Assembly: GCA_010015805.1 (NCBI GenBank)
Contig: ML978147.1
Coordinates: forward strand, 122,283-142,282
Reading direction: 5' to 3'
Origin: Rhizodiscina lignyota
Lineage: Eukaryota
Length of the DNA stretch: 20,000 nt
A program made the translations under genes and the position numbers. Within the stretch, counting starts at the first letter, position 1. Every line of letters begins with the position of its first letter. This document shows positions 10,537-20,000 of the stretch, piece by piece. The notes beneath the pieces were generated by a model. That model was not told the DNA's origin, made no database searches, and worked only from the letters and a program-made list of their open reading frames with translations.

Positions 10537-11223
10537 ATGGCTGTCGAGAACGGAGTACCATCATCACTTAAGGAAAACTACGCATCCGGAGCCTATGCCT
10601 CGACATCAATAGGAAAACGAGCGCTCCCTTTCAGTCCACGGGTTGCTCTGATCGTCATCGATGTTTGCGATGCCTACCTTCTACCGGAGAGTCCACTGTA
10701 CGCAGAGAAGCGTTTCGACGCCGCCCTGAAGTCATGCGAGCGACTCATCTCTGCTTGCCGCGACGTGAAGATCCCGGTAGTGTTCACCCGCGTCGCATTC
10801 GACACTCCGAACGCTGGAGGAAACTGGAAGAAGTACAAGATTCCCAAGGGTCTCGCATGTTTCGACGCTGGCAATCCTCTTGGCGACTATCCGAAGAGCT
10901 CTCAGATCTGTCGCCCGCTGCCAGGCGAATTGGTAATTTCAAAGCAGTTCTCCTCAAGCTTCTTCGGTACGCCGCTGGCCAGCCAACTCAAAGATATTGA
11001 GACGCTCATCATCTGTGGATTCTCCACTTCCGGCTGCGTACGGGCGACAACAGTGGATGCGGCGCAATATGGCTTCTTTCCGTACGTGGTGAAGGACGCA
11101 TGTGGTGATCGTCATGAGTATCCGCATGAAGCCAATCTGTTCGACATGCAGGCCAAGTTTGGCGAGGTGGTGAGCGAAGATGAGATTATGGGCATCATGA
11201 AAGGGCTGCCGAGGGCTTCTTAA
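10537..11223 (+). CDS. Isochorismatase-family cysteine hydrolase, N-carbamoylsarcosine amidase / maleamate amidohydrolase-like (228 aa, intronless)
   Basis: ALIVIDV (catalytic Asp), ISKQFSSSFFGT (catalytic Lys), GFSTSGCVRAT (nucleophilic Cys), and the subfamily-typical C-terminus ACGDRHEYPHEANLFDMQAKFGEVV. Confidence 0.92.
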   Translation: MAVENGVPSSLKENYASGAYASTSIGKRALPFSPRVALIVIDVCDAYLLPESPLYAEKRFDAALKSCERLISACRDVKIPVVFTRVAFDTPNAGGNWKKYKIPKGLACFDAGNPLGDYPKSSQICRPLPGELVISKQFSSSFFGTPLASQLKDIETLIICGFSTSGCVRATTVDAAQYGFFPYVVKDACGDRHEYPHEANLFDMQAKFGEVVSEDEIMGIMKGLPRAS

Positions 11224-11816
11224 GAGATGTCGTTTCCAATACTTGATCGCGATGATCCTGTCAGACACTCAGGGGACAGGGGGAAGCGATCTCGGAGATT
11301 GGCGATTAAAAGCCGAGGTAGGGCCACATCATCCGGAGAAAAGCCGCAAAGCGCAAGGCTGACTTCGCAAGCAGACTTGACTCCTTGAGCTCCTCCTCCT
11401 TCAGGCCAATGTGGCTAGCCTCAGTGTGTCGGATGAGAAATACGATCGATTTGCATCCTTCAAGAGATATAAGCAATCTTGGACTGCTTCCTCAGACCCA
11501 ATCTTCCTCCTCTCGGCCAATCGTCGATTCTCATGGCTTGTGCCCACTGTTGCGGAGTCATCTTTTGTGCATTCTCTTCCCAAATACTATGTTCACATTG
11601 CATAGCAGGAATTAAAGCTGAGCACTATAGCACTTGGCAAAAGCCCTTGTGCCGAAGAAACCGAAGTTGAGGCTCACCCAGCTCGTGCCGATGCTGCGAG
11701 GCTCAATTATGTCTCGAGGTCTCTCGTCGACAGCGAACATATACGTAGAGGTGATGGCAAGCTCCTATCTTTCAAATTTCAAATCTACCCAATTCAGAAA
11801 GCCTCTCAATGTCAAG

Positions 11817-13734
11817 ATGTTATCTCCTGTCACTTCTCTTTTGATTCTCGCGGCGTGTTCTCAAGCCGTCGCAGCTCATGGCCCCCTTCCTTACCGTCCA
11901 AGGTGTGCTTTCGGCGACCCTTGCTGGCCGTCTCTGAAGGAATGGCAGTCTTTTAACGAGTCCATCTCTGGTCGGCTTATTGTCTCGCATCCTTCAGCAG
12001 TCATCTGCCATCAACCACTCTATAATCCTATTCTCTGTAAGAAGGCTACGGAGGAGTGGACCAACAGCTTCTGGCGAACAGATCAAGTAGGAGCATACTC
12101 TGCGATCCTTTGGGAAGATGGAAATGACCAATGCGACATCAACACTCCCGTCAATGAACCGTGTGGACCTGGACTGGGTAAGTTGAGAAAAGTACTCCGA
12201 TACTATCAACCTACCACTAATTTGATGCAGTTGCACACTATTCCGTGGCGGCCGAGGATACATCAGATATCCAGGCAGCTATCCATTTCGCCCTCCGACA
12301 CGACATTTACCTTGTAATCAAGAACACAGGACATGACCATCTTGGACGTTCCAGCGGGAGAGGCTCCTTGGCGATCTGGACGCATCGTCTCAAAGGTCGA
12401 ACTTGGCACGACGCCTTCACACCTAGCGGGGCCCCCTCTTGCTACTCTGCTGTTCCCGCCGTCACCCTGCGAGCTGGAGAACAATGGCTTGATGTATATC
12501 GTGATGCTGATATGCACAACCGCATAGTTGTTGGAGGTTCCGCTCGCACAGTCGGCGCCGCTGGTGGATATCTGACTGGCGGGGGGCATTCAGCTTGGGC
12601 CCACTTCTACGGTTTGGCCGCAGATAACCTTCTCGAAGTCACAATCGTTACACCGACGGGAGAGCTAAAGATAATCAACGAGCATACCGATCCAGACTAC
12701 TTCTGGGCTATTCGAGGCGGCGGAGGAAGCACATGGGGGGTATGTTATATCCCACAAAGAATTTATTAACCTCTCACTAATCTAACACAGGTAATTACTT
12801 CAGTGACGTACAAAACGCATCCTTCGCCTTCGCATATTCAAGTTGGCATCAGCCAGTTCAACACGACTACCGATACCGCTCGCCGCACTGTTATCCAGCA
12901 GGTACTTAAATCACTCGTGTATATTACCGACTCCGGTTACACCGGCTATGGCTCCATCACACCCAACTCACTCAGGCTCATTTTCATTCAACCGAATGGT
13001 ACTAACGCGACGTATGATTCTGCTTTCGCCAGCTTGCAGCAGCTCGCAAACGTAACCGGCGTCGCCGGAGGCATTTTCCAACTTGTCTTCCCATCATGGC
13101 TGGAGTACGGAAACGTGTTTCTGCAAGATCCCAACATTGCAACAAATGTCCAAGATGCTTCAAGGCTGCTGACGAAAGATATACTGCTGAACAAGCACGA
13201 TCAACTGGCAGACCTGGTTTTGCAGTATCCTGATCTCACGCCTGGCTTCAATTTCAGTACACGCCACCCAAGTGTGACCGTAGTGAATGTGGCACTCCCG
13301 CTAACAGCTTCATAGTCGGCAAAGTCAACTCGGCTGAGCGTGACAAGACTTCCGTACATGATACCTGGAGGAACAGTCACGCACTGATGACGTTTGGCAT
13401 CGACTTTGTAGACAACGCAACATTGGCTTATAAGCATGAGCGTAAAGAAAGGCTTGTGGAGATTAGCAGCCGTATGTCGGACATTGTCGGCCCTGACAGC
13501 GGAACGTATGTCAACGAAGCAAATCCGTAAGCCCTCTACTTTAAACCTGAACAGCGACTCTGCGAGTGCGTCAAAGAGGGTGCTGATGCTATTGACAGCT
13601 ACGAACCGAAATGGCAAACCGTCTTCTGGGGCAAGAACTATGTACGGCTGTTGAAGATCAAGAGACGTGTGGATCCGGCGAACTTGCTCGTGTGTAATCG
13701 CTGTGTGGGGACTGACGTTATATATGAACCATAA
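11817..13734 (+). CDS. Secreted FAD-linked oxidoreductase, berberine-bridge-enzyme-like / VAO-PCMH family (~560 aa); exons 11817-12177, 12231-12739, 12791-13256, 13316-13526, 13599-13734
   Basis: Signal peptide MLSPVTSLLILAACSQAVAA; motifs RCAFGDPCWPS, KNTGHDHLGRS (His for covalent FAD), TVGAAGGYLTGGGHS, FWAIRGGGGSTWGVITS, and the BBE C-terminus GTYVNEANPYEPKWQTVFWGKNYVRLLKIKRRVDP. Four GT-AG introns (53, 51, 59, 72 nt) restore one frame of 1,683 nt. Confidence 0.92.
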
Positions 13735-14523
13735 CAAGAATGGTTCGGATGCCTTGTAGTATCTGTCACCGAATATTCACTAACTCATCGTACGCGATAA
13801 ACCTAAAACATATATCATCTCAAGTTGATGCTCTAACTGAATATATATTCGAATTTTGATGACACCTTGTTACAGTCTGAGCTCGGTCTCGAGGGTGATC
13901 TCGAGATCTTGCGATGAGATGAATTTCTCGCTGAGCCGTCCTCTTCCTGCAAAGCTACGGCTGGCTTTTGAGATTGAGAAAGGAAGGATTGTCCAGGTGG
14001 ACATGTAGAATTAAAAAATTATATCGAAAGGCTCATCGTGTGGGATGGACTAGAGAATATTAATAGGCGTAGGCCTGTCATACATACACGATCTCATTCA
14101 AATCAAACTTAAAATAAGCAGTTCGAATAAAACTTCCACTGAAATTGTATCTTCTGCCGGGATCTTGCGTGGAATGGTGTTCCTCTGCTGCAAAGGCAGG
14201 AAATCAGGAAAGCAAGGGAATTCAGGTGGTGTAGTCTTGAAGTTGGGGGCAGCAACACCCAAGATATGGATGGGTGCACCCTCCCCCTAAACTTGGGTAC
14301 TTAGCCGTTTTGGTTCTGGGACCGCTCGTCCCCTTGGCCTGGGTTCACATGACATTTGGGCTCATGACATAAGCAGTGCCAAGCCTCAAGCCGAGTGAGG
14401 TCGAGCTGCGCAACCTTGTCGAATGTCGATTGACATCTTGAAGCTCGGATTCAACATTGCTTGACCCACCACCTCACCGTTAACGAAAGAGCAGGCTCTG
14501 TCCTGTTGCATTGGACTGGCAAC

Positions 14524-15776
14524 ATGGAGGGCGTGTTCTACAATGTCAACTTTGGGTTCGTCACTGCCATACTATGCTGAACGAAGCTAATCCAGGCAGC
14601 TACATCGAAGGCATTGTCAGAGGGTATCGCAATGCTCTATTGACGGGCCAGAACTACAGCAATCTTACACAATGTGAAACCATAGACGGTGCGTCTAGCT
14701 GCAGTATCCTCCTCCAATTGTTACTGATTGATGTCTGCGCAGATGTCAAGCTCCAATTGTCACCCGCCTACGGTGACTTCCTTGCCGCTCTTCCTCCGAA
14801 TCCCTCAACCTCTGCACTTGCAAACAAGACGACTGACAAGCTCGTTGCCGAATTTCGCTATATCCAAGCCAATGCGACCGGAACACTCTCCAAGTTCATG
14901 GAGTACCTTACATACGGCTACATGATCGACAACGTCGCACTCCTCATCACCGGCACACTGCACGAGAGAGATACAAGAGAACTTCTGGAGCGGTGTCATC
15001 CGCTAGGATGGTTCGAGACAATGCCAGTACTCTGTGTCGCGACGAATATCGAGGAGCTGTACAACTCGGTTCTGATTGAGACGCCGCTTGCACCATACTT
15101 CAAGGGCAGCCTGAGCCATCAAGACCTGGACGAGCTGAACATTGAGATTATTCGCAACACGCTGTATAAGAACTATCTGGAGGACTTTTACGAGTGGTGC
15201 AATTCGGAGGCTGGGGTTGCCGGAACACCAACAGCGGAGGTGATGAGCGAGGTGCTGGAGTTTGAAGCGGATCGGAGAAGCATCAACATCACGCTCAACA
15301 GCTTTGGCACCGAGCTAAGCAAAGCTGAGAGGAAGAAGCTGTACCCGAATTTCGGACGATTGCATCCAGAGGGCACGCTGATGCTGAGCCGCGCAGACGA
15401 TGTCGAGGGCGTCAGGATCGCAGTAGATGGTGTGAGCGATTATAAGAATTTCTTTGATCAGACGGGACTGAGTGGAAGTGGAGGCGCTGGAGTGAGCAAC
15501 ATGGCAGGCGGTATGGGAGGCGAGACGAAGAGTCTGGAGGACATGTTCTACCAGAAGGAAATGGAGATTTCGAAATTGGCATTCACACGGCAATTCACGC
15601 ACTCTGTCGTGTATGCATGGGTCAAGCTGAGAGAACAGGTAAGACATGCGTGCAAAAAACGGGACTTGACGCAGACTAACGCTTTCCATCAGGAGATACG
15701 CAACATCACATGGATAGCGGAGTGCATTGCGCAGAACCAGAAGGAGAGGATAGGCAATTACATCAGCGTCTTCTGA
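14524..15776 (+). CDS. vma6: V-type proton ATPase V0 subunit d (~366 aa); exons 14524-14555, 14600-14688, 14743-15638, 15693-15776
   Basis: Spliced N-terminus [26 protein letters not shown]; conserved [66 protein letters not shown] and [19 protein letters not shown]. Introns 14556-14599, 14689-14742 and 15639-15692; exons total 1,101 nt. Confidence 0.97.
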
Positions 15777-16260
15777 ACCTATCCTCTTGTTTCATGGCTC
15801 TGTACAGTTGCATCTGCCTATCATGTAGTCGTAGCGATACAGGCGTTGGGCGTGCCGGGAGATGAGATTCTGAAGAGTTAAGATAATAATTTCTGCTCGC
15901 CGACATCGGCTCCCGTACCTGCCTTACCCTCCGCCTTGAATCTCTTGACATCGTACGTTGCGCTGGCAGACAAGTCGCTCCTTCCTCATTTCTGCCGGTG
16001 TGACACTGCTAGCGCCAAGCCACGCCGCTGATTTAAAGTGCTGCCTCTCCCTCCAACTTCCTTTCCCACCACAATCCATCTTCTTTTTACATTGCACGCA
16101 GTTGTACCATCAATACAGAGTTGCATTGATTCCTTCTTCCGAGTTCGCCGCCTGTCTGTGGAGCTCACGTTCCATCTGCTTCAGTACGAGTCAAGTCCTT
16201 CGTCGCTTGACTTTGCACTTCACTTTGTGCAATTTTGAGGCTAACAATCACTCAGGCGAG

Positions 16261-17911
16261 ATGCATCCTGATCGTGCTGCTCTGATCAGTCTTCATGGTC
16301 CTGGAGAGGACATGGAGCGGGAGAGGCAGCTGAGACTCGCTCAACTCAAAGGCAATGGCGCTAACGCTGAGCCTTTGGGTAACAGACGCGTCTCTTTTGT
16401 TGATTCTGCTCTTGGGAACACCTCATCTGACACTCGCGGTGCATCTGTCGCCACCATTACCGCGAGTACAAAGTCTGAGAGAGCTACTCCTCAGTTTGAC
16501 TTTGGTCGTGGCGATCCTCTTCCACCTCGTCGGGCGCGCGCTCTTGCTCGAGATTCGCCTCAAGAGCCACTTCAGAACGCTTTAACTTACTTCAGAGACG
16601 CGCGCCCACAGGTGATTGCTGATTTTCTTGAATCCCTTATCGAGGCCGCTGACTTAATACTACTCGCAGGGAGACTCACCATTCCGCAGCCTTGCAGAGT
16701 CCCTCGATGCAGAACTGTTGATGTACCTCGCTCAGCGTCGCATCACGCCTGGATTCCTCAACGAAATCGACCTCTTCCTTCGAGGCCATCCCGAGCTTGC
16801 AGAGTACACTCCCGATTTCGTGCGACGCTTCAACAATGCTCGGCCTCTTGCGGCTTATCGCTTCTTCCTAAAAGGCTACACACGACCCGCACGCTACGTT
16901 CCGGGGATTCTGCCTGAGCGTGATGACCAGATCACACTTCCTCACGAGCTGCCTTCAGTGGCTTCGACTGTCGATGACGAGCTTGTAGATTTCTTCGATG
17001 GCTACGAATATCGGTACGATATCCTGCGCAGAATCGATGACCAAGTCAGAGCACTGTGCAACTTCCTGCGAAGCGGGGGCCGCTTGACGTGGACACAGCG
17101 TCTACTTGTGGGGTTGACTCTCTTTGGGAACCCCGTTGACGCTTACAAGCATTACGAGTACAACTACCAGACTGAGTGGCTGCCGCATCGCTACCTGCCT
17201 GAGCATGTTGTGCTGTCTGAGGTTCCCAAAGAGCCTGACTACTCGGTACCTACTGCTCGCGTGCGCACGCTCGATGGCGCCGACGACAAGACACGCCATA
17301 CTTTCCTGAACACGAGGCGGAAGATGGCTCGGGCGAATGATGCAGGAGTTGACGTCATTGACGTTCTGCTGGAGGATGTTGTTGTCGAATCGATTAAGCA
17401 TGGCTGTCGCAGACTCGAAGCCCAGGCAATCAGGCAGTGTGCCCAAGCCGCAATAGACGCCGAACGTATTCGAATGGGAGGCCGCGATATCGTCGACCTC
17501 GTCATGAGTATGGTTCCTAGTCGTCGCCGTGCGCCTCGGAACATTGTCACGCTTCCTCGCGGCAAGCAGCACGGCAAAGGCAGGGCGGCCAGGCGGCAGC
17601 GACTGACCACTCTCAAGCATACCCTTCGTACACTCTATCGGCAGGAGAAGTTCGCGGCGGGTATTTATGAGGAGGCTCGGTACAGCGGTACAGGCGCTGC
17701 TGGGTGGAACGAGGTGATGGACCTGCGACACGTACGTGAGACGCGCAAGCGGGTTGAAGGACAGTTCGTGGCAGACTTGGCTGGGTACATGATTGGTGCC
17801 GGTGTGTGGACGCAGTCTGTCGGCAGAGACGTCATGCACCGCTACGGTAAAGGAGAATGGGAAGCCGCTGGTGCTGCGGGCGTGCTGTCGCTGTGCCCGA
17901 CGGACATATAA
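16261..17911 (+). CDS. Hypothetical protein (~530 aa); exons 16261-16611, 16670-17911
   Basis: ATG at 16261 (MHPDRAALISLHG...). Intron 16612-16669 (GTGATT...GCTGAC...CAG, 58 nt) links the frame of ORF 15958-16917 to the 397-codon ORF ending at 17911; exons total 1,593 nt. No family recognised. A branch point and acceptor (GCTAAC...CAG, 16240-16255) just upstream suggest a 5' UTR intron or an additional upstream exon. Confidence 0.7.
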
Positions 17912-18720
17912 TTGCTGCGCATTGAATGCACGCAGCCGGCGTGGGGAGGTTTTCTGACTTTGATATTTTGTTACTTCGGCGTCTGGGTGCTCTGGGACGA
18001 TAGGAGGCCGGACATGGCCTTTGCGTGATTGCTTTTGTGGGCGCGGTTGCGCCGTGAACAGACAATGTCTGTTAAATGAATGAATTCATGTGCTGGTTAC
18101 TTCGAGAGATTCCGCCTTCGGTCATGTTATGCTTGCTCTGCTGTGTGAAGGGGATAGAAGAATATTTCGTCCGAGTTGAAACGACGCCGATAAATAACTA
18201 GTGTTTGATTGGGCGTGCAGCGTCCGTTTAAGATGCACGACATGAAGTATAGAGCTTTCCATGGTGTCGTTGTGTAGACAGAGTCGCGCTATCATTGGTT
18301 CGAAGGACACGTTATTTGATAGAATCTACGTAAGAGAAATGCGATGTTCGCTCCCAAGTGCAGAAGGGATTGGAGGATATTTTGGCTAGGTTGAAACGGT
18401 GCCCGATCACTAGGTTCGATCGTGTTTGAAGCAATAGACTTGATCGCCTCGGAAAACGTAAGTCTCTAGGTTGTTGAATTGCTCGGATATCTCTTTGGGG
18501 CCTACGGACCACGTACACCCACGTATGTGTCCGCGTGCTACTTTCTGTCGTGCCCCAACTCCGAGGACTTGTGAACTTCAATCCATCGACGTAGAATGCT
18601 CATAACCCATAATTCATGATTCATATCGAGCTCATCAAACCTCCATCCCCGCAAAATGCAGGACTTTCCACCAAACCCTCCTACGCACAAACAAGTCCAC
18701 ATCCCGTCCCAATAGTTCTT

Positions 18721-19434
18721 TCAATCTCCCGTCCCCAGCTCCAAATCCAGTTGCACCCCATCATGAATCTCATAGTCTGCCAGACTGATAATGTCCTTGA
18801 GCGGCCGCTCGCCCTGCCGCTTCAGCATGATCTCATGGGGCCGGCGCCCGATCAGCGCCGCTAGCACGATCTTGAAGTCCCCCACGGTGTCAGTCGGTAC
18901 GCAGGGCACGATTGTCGTGGTGCCAAGACGGTCGTTCACCTTCACGCGGATGAACTCGGCGGGAGCGGAAGATTTGGGCTGTGCCGCCAGTTTCGGGTCT
19001 TTGGAAGATTTTGGAGGGCGATCTGAGCGGGGGGAGCGTGAGCGGCGGCGCTTTGGGGGGCGGTTGTCGTGGTCATTTCGGTCGTCTCGACGGCGGTAAT
19101 CTCTATCGTCGCCGCGATTGTCCCTGTCTCCTCGAGGGTATTCTCTATCGTCGCGTGAGTCGCGTGCGGGTCGCTCATCTCGATCGTACCGCTCTCTACG
19201 TGAAGAATAGCTGTCTCGCTCCCTGTCACCGTCGCGATCCCCTTCTCTTTCATGGTCCCTGTCCCTCTCACGATCCCTCTCTCGGTCTCTATCCTTCTTT
19301 TTCTCTCTCTCCTTCTCCTTATCACCGTCCTTACGTTTCCATTTGAGCTTTCCAGAGGTTGAAGGTTTGCTGGAGGATTTGACGCGAGTTTCTGGTTCTC
19401 CAAAGATACCTTCTTCGGGCGAGCTTGGTGCCAT
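18721..19434 (-). CDS. hub1: Hub1/UBL5-like ubiquitin-like protein with a long N-terminal R/D/E-rich, RS-containing extension (237 aa)
   Basis: C-terminal domain FIRVKVNDRLGTTTIVPCVPTDTVGDFKIVLAALIG...LKDIISLADYEIHDGVQLDL matches Hub1 hallmarks (NDRLG, DxVGDFK, SLxDYE(I/V)HD). The first in-frame ATG is at 19434 (MAPSSPEEG); the ORF is intronless. Confidence 0.85.
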   Translation of the reverse strand: MAPSSPEEGIFGEPETRVKSSSKPSTSGKLKWKRKDGDKEKEREKKKDRDRERDRERDRDHEREGDRDGDRERDSYSSRRERYDRDERPARDSRDDREYPRGDRDNRGDDRDYRRRDDRNDHDNRPPKRRRSRSPRSDRPPKSSKDPKLAAQPKSSAPAEFIRVKVNDRLGTTTIVPCVPTDTVGDFKIVLAALIGRRPHEIMLKRQGERPLKDIISLADYEIHDGVQLDLELGTGD

Positions 19435-19896
19435 ATTGTGCGAAAACTGTAAGACAAGTGTCTGAGGTGGAGAAGAATTCAAGACCGAGCGCTGGTTACA
19501 ATGTGTGAAGTCGGAGAGCTGAAATTTCTAAAGGCGCCTTGAGCTAAAGTTTCGACAAGCTAGCGCCACAATTCTTGGCGTTGCACCTCATGTGGCGGTG
19601 TAGCTGGCAAAGATTCGGTTCAACCTCGGATACGATGCGATATCCTTGCGGAATGGGCCGCGTTGACAATCCATCTCACCACCAATCATCGAGAAGAGAG
19701 GTGCAAACAGCAAAGCCTACGTTACTAGTTACTATTTCCTGTAGTAGCAAGCACTGGATTCTGCATTTGTATCGCGTAGGTTTTTCCCTCATCGCCGCCG
19801 CCACAGGGCGAGGCGCGAACCTCCGAAAATAGCGCTCCGAAAAACTCAACCTCTACCACCTCCACCACCTTCACCACCTCTATTCAACCTCAACGC

Positions 19897-20000
19897 ATGC
19901 TATTAGGCAAACGACAACGCTCCCGAAGCCTATCAGCCGATAACCAAACAGAACGACGTATCCCGATGCCCCCAGAACCTTCCTCCGCTACAGGACGCAC
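19897..20000 (+). CDS. Probable 5' end of a gene running off the window, divergent from hub1
   Basis: ATG at 19897 follows a C/A-rich, 5' UTR-like tract (CCACC repeats, ~19852-19880). The frame stays open to the edge: MLLGKRQRSRSLSADNQTERRIPMPPEPSSATGR. Too short to assign. Confidence 0.35.
   Translation, partial: MLLGKRQRSRSLSADNQTERRIPMPPEPSSATGR

Noticed and set aside
11634..11816. N-terminal extension of the FAD oxidoreductase given by the ORF track
   Set aside because: It begins at TTG; the ATG at 11817 directly precedes a clear signal peptide.
8493..13734. Lanthipeptide (RiPP) biosynthetic cluster around the LanC-like gene
   Set aside because: No LanB/LanM/LanKC dehydratase or kinase-lyase, no transporter, and no credible short Ser/Thr/Cys precursor in the window. 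Stand-alone LanCL genes are ordinary in eukaryotes.
13897..13908. 12-bp palindrome GATCTCGAGATC
   Set aside because: A perfect palindrome of this length is expected by chance in 20 kb, and there is no associated structure.
17102..17839. 245-aa antisense ORF, and similar antisense ORFs within vma6, the oxidase and hub1
   Set aside because: They lie opposite better-supported coding frames and have no recognisable protein features.

Overview
Eukaryotic, intron-containing DNA from a filamentous ascomycete (Pezizomycotina, plausibly a Dothideomycete; the taxon is inferred from 44-72 nt GT-AG introns with CTRAY branch points and from the gene content). I reconstructed seven complete genes by hand, plus a probable eighth start at the right edge. 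In order: (1) a ~1,789-aa secreted, probably GPI-anchored, multi-repeat cell-surface protein (2024-7528, +, 3 exons; the ORF track splits it and misses its signal-peptide exon); (2) a LanC-like (LanCL) protein (-); (3) a divergent, intronless isochorismatase-family cysteine amidohydrolase preceded by a GATA-rich promoter; (4) a secreted BBE-like FAD oxidoreductase; (5) V-ATPase V0 subunit d (vma6); (6) an uncharacterised ~530-aa protein; (7) a Hub1/UBL5 ubiquitin-like domain carrying a long RD/RE/RS-rich N-terminal extension. I saw no mobile elements, CRISPR arrays or RNA genes. The most interesting items are the modular surface protein, the extended Hub1 and the LanCL/amidase/oxidase trio. 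A true lanthipeptide cluster is not supported.
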